Shown: one piece after another, positions 63,396 to 64,000 of the stretch
Position numbering within the stretch: the first letter of the stretch is position 1
Layout of the letters: each line of letters opens with the position of its first letter
Source: a virus
IMG/VR virus record: IMGVR_UViG_3300043411_002995
Span: 32,001-96,000 of that record
Length of the DNA: 64,000 bases
Strand: one strand, 5' to 3'
The notes under the pieces: generated by a model
The model's database searches: none
Told to the model about the DNA's origin: nothing
Seen by the model: the letters and a program-made list of their open reading frames with translations, nothing else
Translations under genes and position numbers: made by a program

Positions 63396-63659
63396 CTAGC
63401 GGTGCTTCGCGGCCTTCTTCGTCGGAGGGTACCAGGAGACGTGGGCCTGCCTTGGACCGGCGGGCTGCGGGAGGTTGGTGGGCGGCCTGCCGAAGCGGGC
63501 GGTGTGGGCGCGCTCGGCGATCTCGCCGATCTGCGGCAGGGTCTGCTGCGCCACCCGTTCGGTCTCGTCCTGGACGACGTCGCGGCGGTGGCGCGTCGTG
63601 CGCGCGAGGATGAGCACCGTCACGACGAACATCACGAGGAACACGACGAAGGTGATCAT
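63396..63659 (-). CDS. Small single-pass membrane protein
   Basis: GGAGGG RBS, ATG 63659; MITFVVFLVMFVVTVLIL. Confidence 0.6.
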   Translation of the reverse strand: MITFVVFLVMFVVTVLILARTTRHRRDVVQDETERVAQQTLPQIGEIAERAHTARFGRPPTNLPQPAGPRQAHVSWYPPTKKAAKHR

Positions 63660-63889
63660 GGTGTCTTGCCCTCCTGCAGCACCGGGTGGGGCCCGGTGAG
63701 GTTCGCTCGGTGAGGATGGACGAGGTGATCGTCCACCGACTTGGCGAGCAACGCCGTCGCTTGCATGAGCGAGGTCATCAGCTCGAACAGGCGATCCATC
63801 CGCTTCTCCAGCCTCCACATGAACCACATGGAGACGAAGACCGGGAAGCCGAACTCCCGCAGGAGGGCAACGCCTGATTCGAACGTCAC
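63656..63889 (-). CDS. YvrJ-like / holin-like small membrane protein
   Basis: EFGFPVFVSMWFMWRLEKRMDRL pattern. Confidence 0.55.
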   Translation of the reverse strand: MTFESGVALLREFGFPVFVSMWFMWRLEKRMDRLFELMTSLMQATALLAKSVDDHLVHPHRANLTGPHPVLQEGKTP

Positions 63890-63911
63890 GGCCTCAGGCT
63901 AACACGGTGGG

Positions 63912-64000
63912 TCAGAGAGCGGTGAACAGGACCGAGGTGGCGTCAGGGATGGTGACCTTGCGGTCGAACCCCACCGCCAGAACCTGCAAGCGGAACACCC
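63912..64000 (-). CDS. 3' end of a gene entering from beyond the window
   Basis: ...VFRLQVLAVGFDRKVTIPDATSVLFTAL*, similar to the C-terminus of 62791..63081. Confidence 0.5.
   Translation of the reverse strand, partial: VFRLQVLAVGFDRKVTIPDATSVLFTAL

Overview
The whole window reads as part of a high-GC tailed-phage genome with a contractile tail; no host chromosome, rRNA, tRNA, CRISPR array or integrase is visible. Bases ~400-16400 (+ strand) hold DNA-metabolism and accessory genes: DUF5131/Gp37Gp68, dTMP kinase, M15 endolysin, Sak4-like ATPase, PD-(D/E)XK nuclease, beta-clamp, transglycosylase, SSB, resolvase-like nuclease and 3'-5' exonuclease. Bases ~16400-64000 (mostly - strand) hold the virion module: tail tube, sheath, neck, major capsid, prohead protease, terminase, spike, holin/spanin-like genes and portal. 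Three features stand out. (1) A 2,097-aa single-chain beta-beta' RNA polymerase sits inside the virion module. A non-sigma70 motif, GGCA(T/C)AAG-N6-8-GAA(G/C), occurs 8 times upstream of + strand genes, and a hairpin followed by YTTA(G/C)C closes those units, while several structural genes carry sigma70-type, often leaderless, promoters. (2) About 20 head-region proteins share K-x-A sites, and a subset carries an F-x-D-E-L-x-K-x-[AG] signature, a candidate capsid-loading and maturation code. (3) Three HExxH zincin-like proteins lie among them. The SSB sequence hints at a Myxococcota/deltaproteobacterial host (inference only). All calls come from reading motifs by eye; no database search was run.
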